Origin: Parcubacteria group bacterium
GTDB lineage: Bacteria > Patescibacteriota > Minisyncoccia > Phycocordibacterales > UBA2100
Assembly (NCBI GenBank): GCA_943358385.1
Contig: CALRGX010000004.1
Coordinates: 10,610 to 74,609, forward strand
Reading direction: 5' to 3'
DNA: 64,000 bases
The stretch's first letter is position 1; each line of letters begins with the position of its first letter. Positions 20,295 to 28,708 of this stretch are shown here, piece by piece. Position numbers and translations under genes: made by a program. Under the pieces are notes generated by a model. The model was not told the DNA's origin, ran no database searches, and saw nothing but the letters and a program-made list of their open reading frames with translations.

Positions 20295-21098
20295 GTGACG
20301 GATATGAAGGATCCCTTGCATCCAAGACTGATTTTCGAGAGGAAGCGAAAAAGTGGCATCACCACAAAAACAGAAACGGGAGAAGAAGCTAACGTTGCAG
20401 AAGGAAAACATCCATGGCCGATGTACACGCTGGATGCGCGCGATTATCTCGATATATTTGGTGTGCATTTCCCCACCGTCGCGCAGCTGCCCGACAAGCT
20501 CGAGCGGGCTCGCCTTGCAGGCGATCGTATCGTGGTGCTGGATTTGTGCGGTATTGCGCGCGCAACCAGTATCGGTGCAGACCATTCAATTGGACTCACC
20601 CTCACTGATCCGGGCGAACACATACCACGGCACGAGGATCAGACCATTCTCGTGGGAGACATTTTTACGGCTGGCGCAATTGAGCATATTATAGAGACTA
20701 TCAAAGCACAGGGTGGCAAAGTGCATTGCATCTTCTTCCGGCCTGTTGGTGGCTTGGGTGGATTCGGTCACCATCTGCGCTCTCACCTTCGTCTCTATAG
20801 CGTACTGCAACGCCTATATCCCTTTTTGTCGGAAGAAGGCGATACGTACGTAGAACTCATGGGGTTCCTCGGAGCACGTGTTCTTGAAGACGCTCTCAAT
20901 GCTCAAGCAGACAGAACATTTTGTTCGACGCACCATGAAGTGAACGCCGAGGGCATGGAGATTTTTACAACACACATTCAGAAAGGTCCCGGCGCACCAG
21001 CTGCGCTTATGACCGTTGATGAACTGCGCAACGTACCTACTGTTGAGCGAAAACTTTTAGAAGCGATAGATGCCACGGATACATTGACTCTCCCATGA
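20295..21098 (+). CDS. hypothetical protein with type-I phosphoribosyltransferase-like motif
   Basis: QTILVGDIFTAGAIEHI resembles the OPRT/HGPRT PRPP-binding strand VLVIDDVITAGTAI; 267 aa; co-oriented with and 53 nt upstream of the TrpF-like gene. Confidence 0.45.
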   Translation: MTDMKDPLHPRLIFERKRKSGITTKTETGEEANVAEGKHPWPMYTLDARDYLDIFGVHFPTVAQLPDKLERARLAGDRIVVLDLCGIARATSIGADHSIGLTLTDPGEHIPRHEDQTILVGDIFTAGAIEHIIETIKAQGGKVHCIFFRPVGGLGGFGHHLRSHLRLYSVLQRLYPFLSEEGDTYVELMGFLGARVLEDALNAQADRTFCSTHHEVNAEGMEIFTTHIQKGPGAPAALMTVDELRNVPTVERKLLEAIDATDTLTLP

Positions 21099-21151
21099 GT
21101 ACCCCGTAAGGTGGCGCCAGACTGAACCCTAGAAAGAAAGATAGGCACGTC

Positions 21152-21952
21152 ATGAACGACATCGTGCACCCCTACATCGGCGTAACCGGCATCATGACCC
21201 CACAAGAAGCACGCGCCGCACTGCGTGTGGCGAGCACCTGGGAAAGCAACTACAAGGTCATGCTCGGTGTGCTCGCAAGCTCTAAAACGCTCTCGGGCAG
21301 AAAGAACAAATGGCCTAACCGCTACCCAAACCCTGAGAGAATTGCGGAACTTTTTGTCGACCACCCGAAAGCACTCAACTTCGTTCACTACTCAACCGAC
21401 ACTCCGGAGTACCTCGCGGCTCAACTACTTTCAATTGCGAAGCTGGCTGGTCCACACCTGCATGGATTCCAATTGAATGTGGTGTGGCCTGAGGTTGCAG
21501 AACTGATACATTTCCACCTGAATTCGAACCCAGTTGGTTGTTATCAATTAGTGTTACAACTCGGCACAAAAGCAATCGATCAGTGTACGTCTTTGGAAGA
21601 CCTGGTTGCACGCGTCGCGTTGTATAAAGACCTAGTGCGGTACATTCTTCTCGACTGCAGCGGAGGTAAAGGGATTCCATTTGACGTCACGCTCACCTAT
21701 GCACGCATGGAAGCGCTGCGCGACGCGTGCCCGTGGGCCCACATCGTGGTTGCAGGTGGTCTTTCTGGAGACCGTGAGTCATTCTCTCCACTGGAGAAAC
21801 TGATCCCTCTTCAGGAACACCTTTCTTGCGATGCGGAAGGTCGCTTGCGCACACACGAAGACGATGACTTGAACGTGACCGATATGCAGCACTACCTGCG
21901 CAGTCTGCATTTGGCTTTCGCCCGTGGACTGTTTGGCGGTGCGATGCGCTGA
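21152..21952 (+). CDS. TrpF-like (phosphoribosylanthranilate isomerase family) TIM-barrel protein
   Basis: YIGVTGIMTPQEA (≈VKICGIT), HLHGFQ (≈QLHG), LLDCSGGKGIPFDV (≈LDxxxGGSGxxFDW) and IVVAGGLSGD (≈LAGGLNPxN); terminator hairpin at 21960-21984. Confidence 0.6.
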   Translation: MNDIVHPYIGVTGIMTPQEARAALRVASTWESNYKVMLGVLASSKTLSGRKNKWPNRYPNPERIAELFVDHPKALNFVHYSTDTPEYLAAQLLSIAKLAGPHLHGFQLNVVWPEVAELIHFHLNSNPVGCYQLVLQLGTKAIDQCTSLEDLVARVALYKDLVRYILLDCSGGKGIPFDVTLTYARMEALRDACPWAHIVVAGGLSGDRESFSPLEKLIPLQEHLSCDAEGRLRTHEDDDLNVTDMQHYLRSLHLAFARGLFGGAMR

Positions 21953-22049
21953 TGCAGAACATTTCAGGGCGGCCCCAAGGGCCGCCCTGTTTCTATGCAA
22001 AAAACACACAGCCGCCCCTGCGGGGCGGCTGTGTGTTTCCATACCAGGC

Positions 22050-22175
22050 TTATCGTTTCTTGCCCTTTGCTGGCTTGCGCAATGCGCGCTTGGCCTGCTT
22101 TACCGCGAGACGCTTTTTAGTCTTGCGTGAACGCGACTTGCTCTGTCGGATATCCAAACTTGCTCGTTTTGCCAT
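22050..22175 (-). CDS. 41-aa highly basic small protein (MAKRASLDIRQSKSRSRKTKKRLAVKQAKRALRKPAKGKKR)
   Basis: Manual translation; followed on the minus strand by a strong terminator (CACACAGCCGCCCC-GCAG-GGGCGGCTGTGTG + T6) at 22008-22040; downstream of gpmA. Confidence 0.45.
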   Translation of the reverse strand: MAKRASLDIRQSKSRSRKTKKRLAVKQAKRALRKPAKGKKR

Positions 22176-22239
22176 GGCGCTAGTGTACACCAGGAAATCG
22201 TTTTCGTAACGGGTCTACAAATCGCAGCGGGGATTGCCA

Positions 22240-22866
22240 CTATGCATGCACCTCGGACTCGATATGCCGCACTTCCTTCCCTGCCACCTTACCCTCCGTG
22301 TCTATCTCATAGAGCAGAATACCGCCAAAGAGCATTTCTATATCTTTTACTTTTTCATCGGGAATGGCTTCCAAATATTTCATCAACGCACGAATGGCGT
22401 TGCCATGCGACACCATCAGCACATTTTTTCCATCTTTCAAAAACGGGAGGATGTGCGTTTCGTAGAACGGCACCACGCGCGCATACACCATTTTCAGCGT
22501 CTCGCCATGAGGGACCGGGCAATCCCACTCACGGCGCACTTTCTCCCACTGCTCGTGCCCAATCAACTCTTCCATTTCCCACTTATTTTTCCCGGTGTAG
22601 TCGCCGTAGTCACGCTCGTTAATTTCTGCAGCGTGCTGTGTCGGCACGTGGCATAAATCAAGTGCTTCGAGCATGCATGACAGTGTTTCGATGGAACGCA
22701 CCTGCATGGATGCAAATGCTTGATCAATATGAATACCTTGAATCATCAGCCCCATCTCCGACGATTTCTTAAAACCATACTCAGTGAGGTGACAATCCCT
22801 ACTCCCCGTCCAGAGGCCTTTTTTATTCCATTCCGATTCATGGTGCCGTGCAATGATGAGTTTTGC
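22240..22866 (-). CDS. gpmA: 2,3-bisphosphoglycerate-dependent phosphoglycerate mutase (histidine phosphatase family)
   Basis: MAKLIIARHHESEWN (RHGE-type motif), later HGNAIRAL; the start is taken at the internal Met. Confidence 0.75.
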   Translation of the reverse strand, partial: AKLIIARHHESEWNKKGLWTGSRDCHLTEYGFKKSSEMGLMIQGIHIDQAFASMQVRSIETLSCMLEALDLCHVPTQHAAEINERDYGDYTGKNKWEMEELIGHEQWEKVRREWDCPVPHGETLKMVYARVVPFYETHILPFLKDGKNVLMVSHGNAIRALMKYLEAIPDEKVKDIEMLFGGILLYEIDTEGKVAGKEVRHIESEVHA

Positions 22867-22926
22867 CATGCAGCACATCATAGCAGAAAGGCCGGCCGCG
22901 TTGCGGCCGGCCTTTCCTTGGTCCGC

Positions 22927-23493
22927 CTACGAAAAGACCCTTTCGCGTAGAACATCAATACCTTTGCCCGATTTACTCGAACAGAGCATCACCTCACCCT
23001 CCTTAGCATCCAGTGAAATTTTCTTGACCGCAGCGTGCAAATCTTTTTGATTTAATTTATCTACCTTATGGACCGCCACCACGTACGGTAGCGATTCAGC
23101 ACGCAGCACATGCAATATTTGTTGGTCGAATTCAGTAATGCCCGCCACCACATCAATCACCAACACCACCGTCCGAATGTTTGCATCTGCCTCTGCCAAG
23201 TACCACATGATGAGCTTGCGAAGTTTCTCGCGGTCCTTCGGTGCCGCTTCGGCATAGCCATAGCCGGGCAAATCTGCCAGAAGAAAGGTACCGTTGATAT
23301 CGAAAAAGTTGATTTCCGTTGTTTTACCTGGCTTTTTACCCGAGCGCGCCAGTTCTTTGCGGCCAGTGAGAGCATTCACCAAGCTGGATTTCCCTACATT
23401 CGAACGCCCGACAAACGCCACATGCGGTTTGTTGCCGGTGACGATATCGTCGGTGCCGCGGATACCCTTTACAAACGTGGCCTGGATGTTCAT
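22927..23493 (-). CDS. engB: ribosome biogenesis GTPase EngB/YsxC
   Basis: AFVGRSNVGKSSLVNAL G1 motif, DLPGYGY G3; start taken at MNIQATF. Confidence 0.8.
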   Translation of the reverse strand: MNIQATFVKGIRGTDDIVTGNKPHVAFVGRSNVGKSSLVNALTGRKELARSGKKPGKTTEINFFDINGTFLLADLPGYGYAEAAPKDREKLRKLIMWYLAEADANIRTVVLVIDVVAGITEFDQQILHVLRAESLPYVVAVHKVDKLNQKDLHAAVKKISLDAKEGEVMLCSSKSGKGIDVLRERVFS

Positions 23494-23532
23494 GTTGGGC
23501 ATTCTACACGTCTTCCCCACGATAGCGAGCAT

Positions 23533-24306
23533 TTAGCGGCGTGGCGGGAGTGGCACAAACACAGACGTTTTGGCCTTGTATGATTCCCACTCAGGATTGC
23601 CTTCCCATCTCTTTTCAAGCATCGGCACACCAGAAACTTTCAGCAAGAGAAACGTGATGAGCAGCGGGCTTACGCATACCACGAATGGGTAGGTGGTCAT
23701 GCCTGCCGAGGCAATGGCCAACCCCCACCACATCATGCTCTCACCAAAATAGTTGGGGTGACGTGAAAATTTCCAGAGGCCCGATTGCATAATCTTGCCC
23801 TTGTTTTCAGGGTTGCGTATAAAGCGATCGAGTTGCGCATCACCCACTGCTTCGAAGAGAAAACCAATCACCCATATCAGGAGACCACCCCACAGCATCG
23901 CCGAAGAAAATACGGCACTCGGAAATGCAACCGCAAGCGTTATAGGGAGTGCTACGAGAAAAATCACCACTCCCTGCAGCATGTACACCTGTAAGAAACT
24001 GCGCCACACAAAAGTAGTTCCCCAGGCATCGCGCCATGCTTTGTAGCGGAAATCCTCTGGCTTCCCGCGATTCTTTCGATAGATACGAAATGCCAATCTA
24101 AACGCCCATACAAAAAGTGGCACACATAGTAAGAGCGACGACACTGAAACAGCAGGTGAGAAATACACCGCGGCAGCTGAGACAACCAAGAATGCAATGC
24201 CGTACCCTACATCCGCGATACCATTGTTTTTTCGCACGAGCGCCACCACAAAAAGACTGCTCATGTAGAGCGCGAGCACACCAAGTGCCGAAAGAAGTAC
24301 TGCCAT
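23533..24306 (-). CDS. polytopic membrane protein of ICMT/PEMT/DUF1295 (steroid 5-alpha-reductase-like) superfamily
   Basis: FSRHPNYFGESMMWWG motif with 6+ TM helices; start taken at MAVLLSAL. Confidence 0.5.
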   Translation of the reverse strand: MAVLLSALGVLALYMSSLFVVALVRKNNGIADVGYGIAFLVVSAAAVYFSPAVSVSSLLLCVPLFVWAFRLAFRIYRKNRGKPEDFRYKAWRDAWGTTFVWRSFLQVYMLQGVVIFLVALPITLAVAFPSAVFSSAMLWGGLLIWVIGFLFEAVGDAQLDRFIRNPENKGKIMQSGLWKFSRHPNYFGESMMWWGLAIASAGMTTYPFVVCVSPLLITFLLLKVSGVPMLEKRWEGNPEWESYKAKTSVFVPLPPRR

Positions 24307-24307
24307 A

Positions 24308-24721
24308 TTAGCGGGTAAAGGAGGACGCAATGAGGTACGTAATCGAGGCTACTGCCGCAGACAGCACCGTTCCCCACAGCATATCGACCATGGAAACGAG
24401 CGCTGGCCAGTCACGCAGCGTAGACCAGTTGGTGAGGTCGTATGTAGCGTACGTGAAAAAGCCAAACAGCGCGCCATAGATAAGCGCTTTCATAAAATTC
24501 TTTTCAGCGAGTGCTGGCACGATCACGAAGAATGAAAGACCGACCAGAAATATCAGGTAGAAACTGATAGCAACCGGCCAGTTCACCGTTGGCGCAAGCA
24601 GGTGCCCTATCTGATCCTTATAAAAAGTGCGCGCCACAAATCCCAGCCACACCATATCGATAGCAAAAAACACGGGCACCGAAAGCAGGTACACCCACGC
24701 AAACTGAAGTAGTGATGTCAT
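24308..24721 (-). CDS. small membrane protein (DUF2177-like)
   Basis: 137 aa, 4 TM. Confidence 0.4.
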   Translation of the reverse strand: MTSLLQFAWVYLLSVPVFFAIDMVWLGFVARTFYKDQIGHLLAPTVNWPVAISFYLIFLVGLSFFVIVPALAEKNFMKALIYGALFGFFTYATYDLTNWSTLRDWPALVSMVDMLWGTVLSAAVASITYLIASSFTR

Positions 24722-24891
24722 ACGTGCATTGTACTGTTTTTTCTCTCATTTAGCACATTGTTCTTTCTGAGACGCTAAGCCCTTGTATCTTGTCCCTCTC
24801 TTCCCTCCACCTCCAACCTCTCTTTGTCTCTTCTTTCCTAAACCCCTGTATGTCTTTGTTTTTCTATCACCTAACACCTTCAACCTCTTAC

Positions 24892-25641
24892 CTACCCTAA
24901 CACTTTCTTCAACGTATATATCCAATCTGCATTTTGGTCGTGACTATCTTCAGTATCGGCTTCCTTCTGTTTCAACAACCACTGCAGGTAGCTGCGATCT
25001 TCTTTAGCCAGGTCTACCAGGAGCTTCCCTGCGTGCTTCCCAAAAGTGATGCGTGTTATGAACGACGGCGCCTGCGAAATGGCGACCATCGCCGAAATCG
25101 TTGCGGCGGCGTCCGCATGTTCTTTGCGCAGCTTGTCATACAGACGCGTGAACAATGCCCTCAAGACGCGCACATCGCCAAGTGCATCATGAGCTGCGGC
25201 ATCAAGCACCTCCAAATCCAACGCGTAGCGCAGGTATTGCAAGCGATAAGCGCCGAGCTTTCCTTCCGGGTCTAAATGTCGCGCTATCTTCAGCGTGTCG
25301 ATCACCACATGGGCCTCTACCCCATCACGCTTCAGCATGTCGACGTCAAACGGGGCATTGTGCGCCACCATCACCACATCCACCTGAGGCAAAAGCACAG
25401 CGAGATTTGTATGTGTCATCGAGCCAGGAAACGGCTTTTTGTCTGCCACATCTTTATTGGTGTAACCCGTTGCTTCCATTGCCTCGATGCACAACGGGAC
25501 CGGCGGCTTAAACATCTCGCACACCTCCTTTCCCTCGTGCTCATATGCCACCTGGAAAATGCGGTCGTGTGCTTCGCGACCCGTCGTCTCGGTATCCAAA
25601 AACACCAGCCGGTGCTTTTTAATTTCATCGAGAGAATTCAT
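24892..25641 (-). CDS. DEDDh 3'-5' exonuclease (DnaQ/epsilon-like) with C-terminal extension
   Basis: VFLDTETTG (Exo I), HNAPFDVDML (Exo II), HDALGDVRVL (Exo III). Confidence 0.75.
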   Translation of the reverse strand: MNSLDEIKKHRLVFLDTETTGREAHDRIFQVAYEHEGKEVCEMFKPPVPLCIEAMEATGYTNKDVADKKPFPGSMTHTNLAVLLPQVDVVMVAHNAPFDVDMLKRDGVEAHVVIDTLKIARHLDPEGKLGAYRLQYLRYALDLEVLDAAAHDALGDVRVLRALFTRLYDKLRKEHADAAATISAMVAISQAPSFITRITFGKHAGKLLVDLAKEDRSYLQWLLKQKEADTEDSHDQNADWIYTLKKVLG

Positions 25642-25666
25642 GGAGATAGAGTAGCACGCAACTGGC

Positions 25667-26071
25667 TTACCTATTCAAATACGTAATCGTCAGCTGCAAA
25701 CAAGTAGCAAAGGTGCCCCAGAGGAGGTAGGGAATGTTGGCATATACCACCCACCGCAAATCAGGCGCGGCGTGCCACAGCGCAAAGAGTGCCCATATCA
25801 AGGTGCCCACGACTAAGAGGATATCGATTGAGGCAAGGAGATTATTTTTGAGGCCAAATTGAATGGGAGTAAAAATGAGGTTAAAGAAAAGATTCAGAGC
25901 AAAGGGCAGTGCCACCATCCACGGCAGCACGCCCGTGAATGATTTGTAGAAAACCGTACCAAAAGTGACGGCGATGATGGTATAGAGCACGCTCCACACG
26001 GGACCAAAGAGCCACGCCGGCGGCGACCACCAGGGTTTTATAAACTGCATGTACAAGATAGGTTCGTTCAT
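25667..26071 (-). CDS. tspO: TspO/MBR tryptophan-rich sensory protein
   Basis: KPWWSPPAWLFGPVWSVLY signature; 5 TM; start at MNEPILYMQF. Confidence 0.75.
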   Translation of the reverse strand: MNEPILYMQFIKPWWSPPAWLFGPVWSVLYTIIAVTFGTVFYKSFTGVLPWMVALPFALNLFFNLIFTPIQFGLKNNLLASIDILLVVGTLIWALFALWHAAPDLRWVVYANIPYLLWGTFATCLQLTITYLNR

Positions 26072-26335
26072 ACCTTCTATTCTACTGTGCCTATCGTGAT
26101 GTTCATATGATGCCCTGCCCAATTATAAAGGTCGGTCCTTTATAATTGCACCGTGGTGGTAAAATCCTCAGTGCAAATTGAATCGGCCCTTCTCCTCACG
26201 AGAAGGGCCGCACGTTATGCTAATGCAAAATATAAAGGTCGGTCCTTTATACATTGGTAGACCCTGATGCACAAATCGAAAGGGCGCGAGCATGCTCGCG
26301 CCCCCTCTCTTGGCGTTATCGTCCGAGAACCTTCT

Positions 26336-26467
26336 TCAAGGCGCCGTCGTGCCGTAGCGCGCCGTGACCTCAAAGCCGAGCAGGTCGCGATAGAATGCGA
26401 GCGACCGATCAAGATCTCCTACAGTGAGGTGTACGTGCCCGATTGATGTGTGTGGATGAAGTGCCAT
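26336..26467 (-). pseudogene. N-terminal 43-codon remnant of a glyoxalase/VOC-family gene
   Basis: The minus-strand translation MALHPHTSIGHVHLTVGDLDRSLAFYRDLLGFEVTARYGTTAP* matches the VOC N-terminal beta-alpha-beta signature and then stops. No continuation is found in any frame. Confidence 0.45.
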
Positions 26468-26669
26468 AGCGGGATTGAAAGACACCTCTTCCGAGGTGTC
26501 TTTTCATTTACTTAACTTTCTTTGGCTTTTTAGCCTCCTTCTTTCGTGAATTGTTTCCTTTTGCCATATGAAAAACTATCTCGAGTAATGTTTGTATCGT
26601 AGCACGCAGAATGGCACACCTCGGTTTTGCCCAACTGGTGAAACGGGCGTTGTCGCGTATCATGAACAC

Positions 26670-27920
26670 ATGCGCATCGCCGTTGTGGGGTCAGGTATTT
26701 CAGGACTCTCGGCTGCGTTTCTACTCGCGCCGCACGCACAGGTTACCTTGTTTGAAAAATCGCCGCAGCTTGGCGGGCATGCACACACTGCCTCTGTCGC
26801 TTTTGGAAACACCACCGTCGCCGTCGACACAGGATTCATGGTGTACAACCCTGCGCGCTACCCGTACTTCGTAGCACTACTGAGCGAACTCAATGTCACT
26901 TCAATTGATACGGTGATGAGTTTCTCGGCAACCATACCCGGGCAGGTCATGTACAGCAGTGATTTCCAAGGACTCTTGGGCGATGTGCGTCAATGCACGA
27001 GCCCACGCTACCTGCGATTTCTCTACGACATTATGCGTTTTAATATCGCTGCAAAAAAGTTCTTGCACCAGCCGCAGAAAGAGCAACTACTGGGTGACTT
27101 TCTACAGGGCCACCATTTTTCTCCCGAACTCGCCTCGTGGTACCTCTACCCAATCATGGCGTCTATCTGGTCAGCAGGCACCAGCGCACTTCCCAACTAC
27201 CCTGCATACGAAACGTTTCGCTTCCTGAATAATCACCAGCTACTCAATATATTCACCAAGCCACAGTGGCGAACGATTAAAGGTGGTTCCATTACATACG
27301 TGGAAGCACTATCAAAAAAAATCACTGCCGAAGGTGTGCAGGTGCGACTTAATACTCCCGTTACCTCGATAAAGCGTGGTGCGGATACCGTCCACATCAC
27401 CACCGCCAAAGGTAGCGAGGAGTTTGATCACGTGATCATTGCCACACACGCCGATGAAGCTCTCGGTGTTTTGGGCGATGCCACAGCAGCCGAGCGGGAC
27501 ATTCTTGGGGGGTTTTCATATAGCAATAATCACGTCATCCTCCACAGCGACACCTCTTTCATGCCTCCACAGAAACGCACCTGGGCATCATGGAATTACC
27601 TTGGGGAAGGTGATTCGCAGACCGTATCACTTACCTATGACATGAACGCACTGCAGCACATACCCGAGGAATGCCCGATGTTTGTCACTCTCAATCCCGT
27701 GCGCCTTCCCAAGAAGGAACTCACACATCAAACCTTTACGTACGCACACCCGGTATTCAACGCGCAGGCACGCACTGCTCAAGAGCGTATGGCTGAAATA
27801 CAACAGGGCCGCACTCATTTTTCTGGAGCACACCTTGGCTTTGGATTCCACGAAGATGGCATTGCCTCTGCAGTCGATGTTGTGCAAGCACTCGGTTTCC
27901 CTATTCGCCTCTCAGTATGA
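26670..27920 (+). CDS. FAD/NAD(P)-binding oxidoreductase (amine-oxidase-like) of the oxidoreductase–DUF1365–CFA-synthase cluster
   Basis: MRIAVVGSGISGLSAA dinucleotide-binding motif; start at the ATG at 26670 inside a TTG-initiated ORF. Confidence 0.8.
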   Translation: MRIAVVGSGISGLSAAFLLAPHAQVTLFEKSPQLGGHAHTASVAFGNTTVAVDTGFMVYNPARYPYFVALLSELNVTSIDTVMSFSATIPGQVMYSSDFQGLLGDVRQCTSPRYLRFLYDIMRFNIAAKKFLHQPQKEQLLGDFLQGHHFSPELASWYLYPIMASIWSAGTSALPNYPAYETFRFLNNHQLLNIFTKPQWRTIKGGSITYVEALSKKITAEGVQVRLNTPVTSIKRGADTVHITTAKGSEEFDHVIIATHADEALGVLGDATAAERDILGGFSYSNNHVILHSDTSFMPPQKRTWASWNYLGEGDSQTVSLTYDMNALQHIPEECPMFVTLNPVRLPKKELTHQTFTYAHPVFNAQARTAQERMAEIQQGRTHFSGAHLGFGFHEDGIASAVDVVQALGFPIRLSV

Positions 27921-28708
27921 CCAATCTCGAACTACTCACTGCCACCGTTGGCCACGCGCGCTTCTCCCCCATAAAGAATGCGTTTGTATACCAAGTGTAC
28001 TACACCATCTGCCCGGTAACCGACGAGCATATTGCAACCCCTCCACTCTTTTCATTCAGTCGCTTTAATGTTCTGAGTATGTATACCAAAGACCATGGCC
28101 CGAAAGACGGAAGCGCGTGGCGCCCCTGGATTGCAGCACAATGTGCCGCACGTGGTATGCAGCTCTCGCCACATGATGCGGTATTTCTGATAGCGCACCC
28201 GCGCCTACTGGGATATGCCTTTAACCCTATTTCGTATTGGCTGGTATACGAAAAGAATACACATCTGAAAGCGGTACTGTGCGAGGTGCACAATACGTTT
28301 GGCGATAACCACAACTACCTCCTGCTCCACGATGATTTCAAAGCCATCGAGCCAGCCGACCTTTTTACTGCCAAGAAGAATTTATACGTCTCTCCCTTCA
28401 ACACCGTCGCCCCAGGCACCTACCAATTTTCTTTCACCGCGAGCCCGACACAATTCAAATCGGTCATCAACTACTTCGAACATGATGTGCACATTCTAAA
28501 TACATACATGGGTGGTGTGCGCAGTCCCCTCACCATGTGGAGCATATGCAGAGTCATCATCACGTACCCTCTGATGACCTTCCTTACCGTATGGAGAATT
28601 CACCGACAAGCAATCATTCTCTATATAAAAGGGGTGCGAAACACCTTGCACACGCGCCATCCGCACACAGAGAATCAGACTACGCAGGGTACTACGCTTA
28701 AAAAATAG
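27917..28708 (+). CDS. DUF1365 family protein
   Basis: The N-terminus ...ATVGHARFSPIKNAFVYQVYY... is typical of DUF1365; 4-nt overlap with the upstream oxidoreductase. Confidence 0.75.
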   Translation: MTNLELLTATVGHARFSPIKNAFVYQVYYTICPVTDEHIATPPLFSFSRFNVLSMYTKDHGPKDGSAWRPWIAAQCAARGMQLSPHDAVFLIAHPRLLGYAFNPISYWLVYEKNTHLKAVLCEVHNTFGDNHNYLLLHDDFKAIEPADLFTAKKNLYVSPFNTVAPGTYQFSFTASPTQFKSVINYFEHDVHILNTYMGGVRSPLTMWSICRVIITYPLMTFLTVWRIHRQAIILYIKGVRNTLHTRHPHTENQTTQGTTLKK

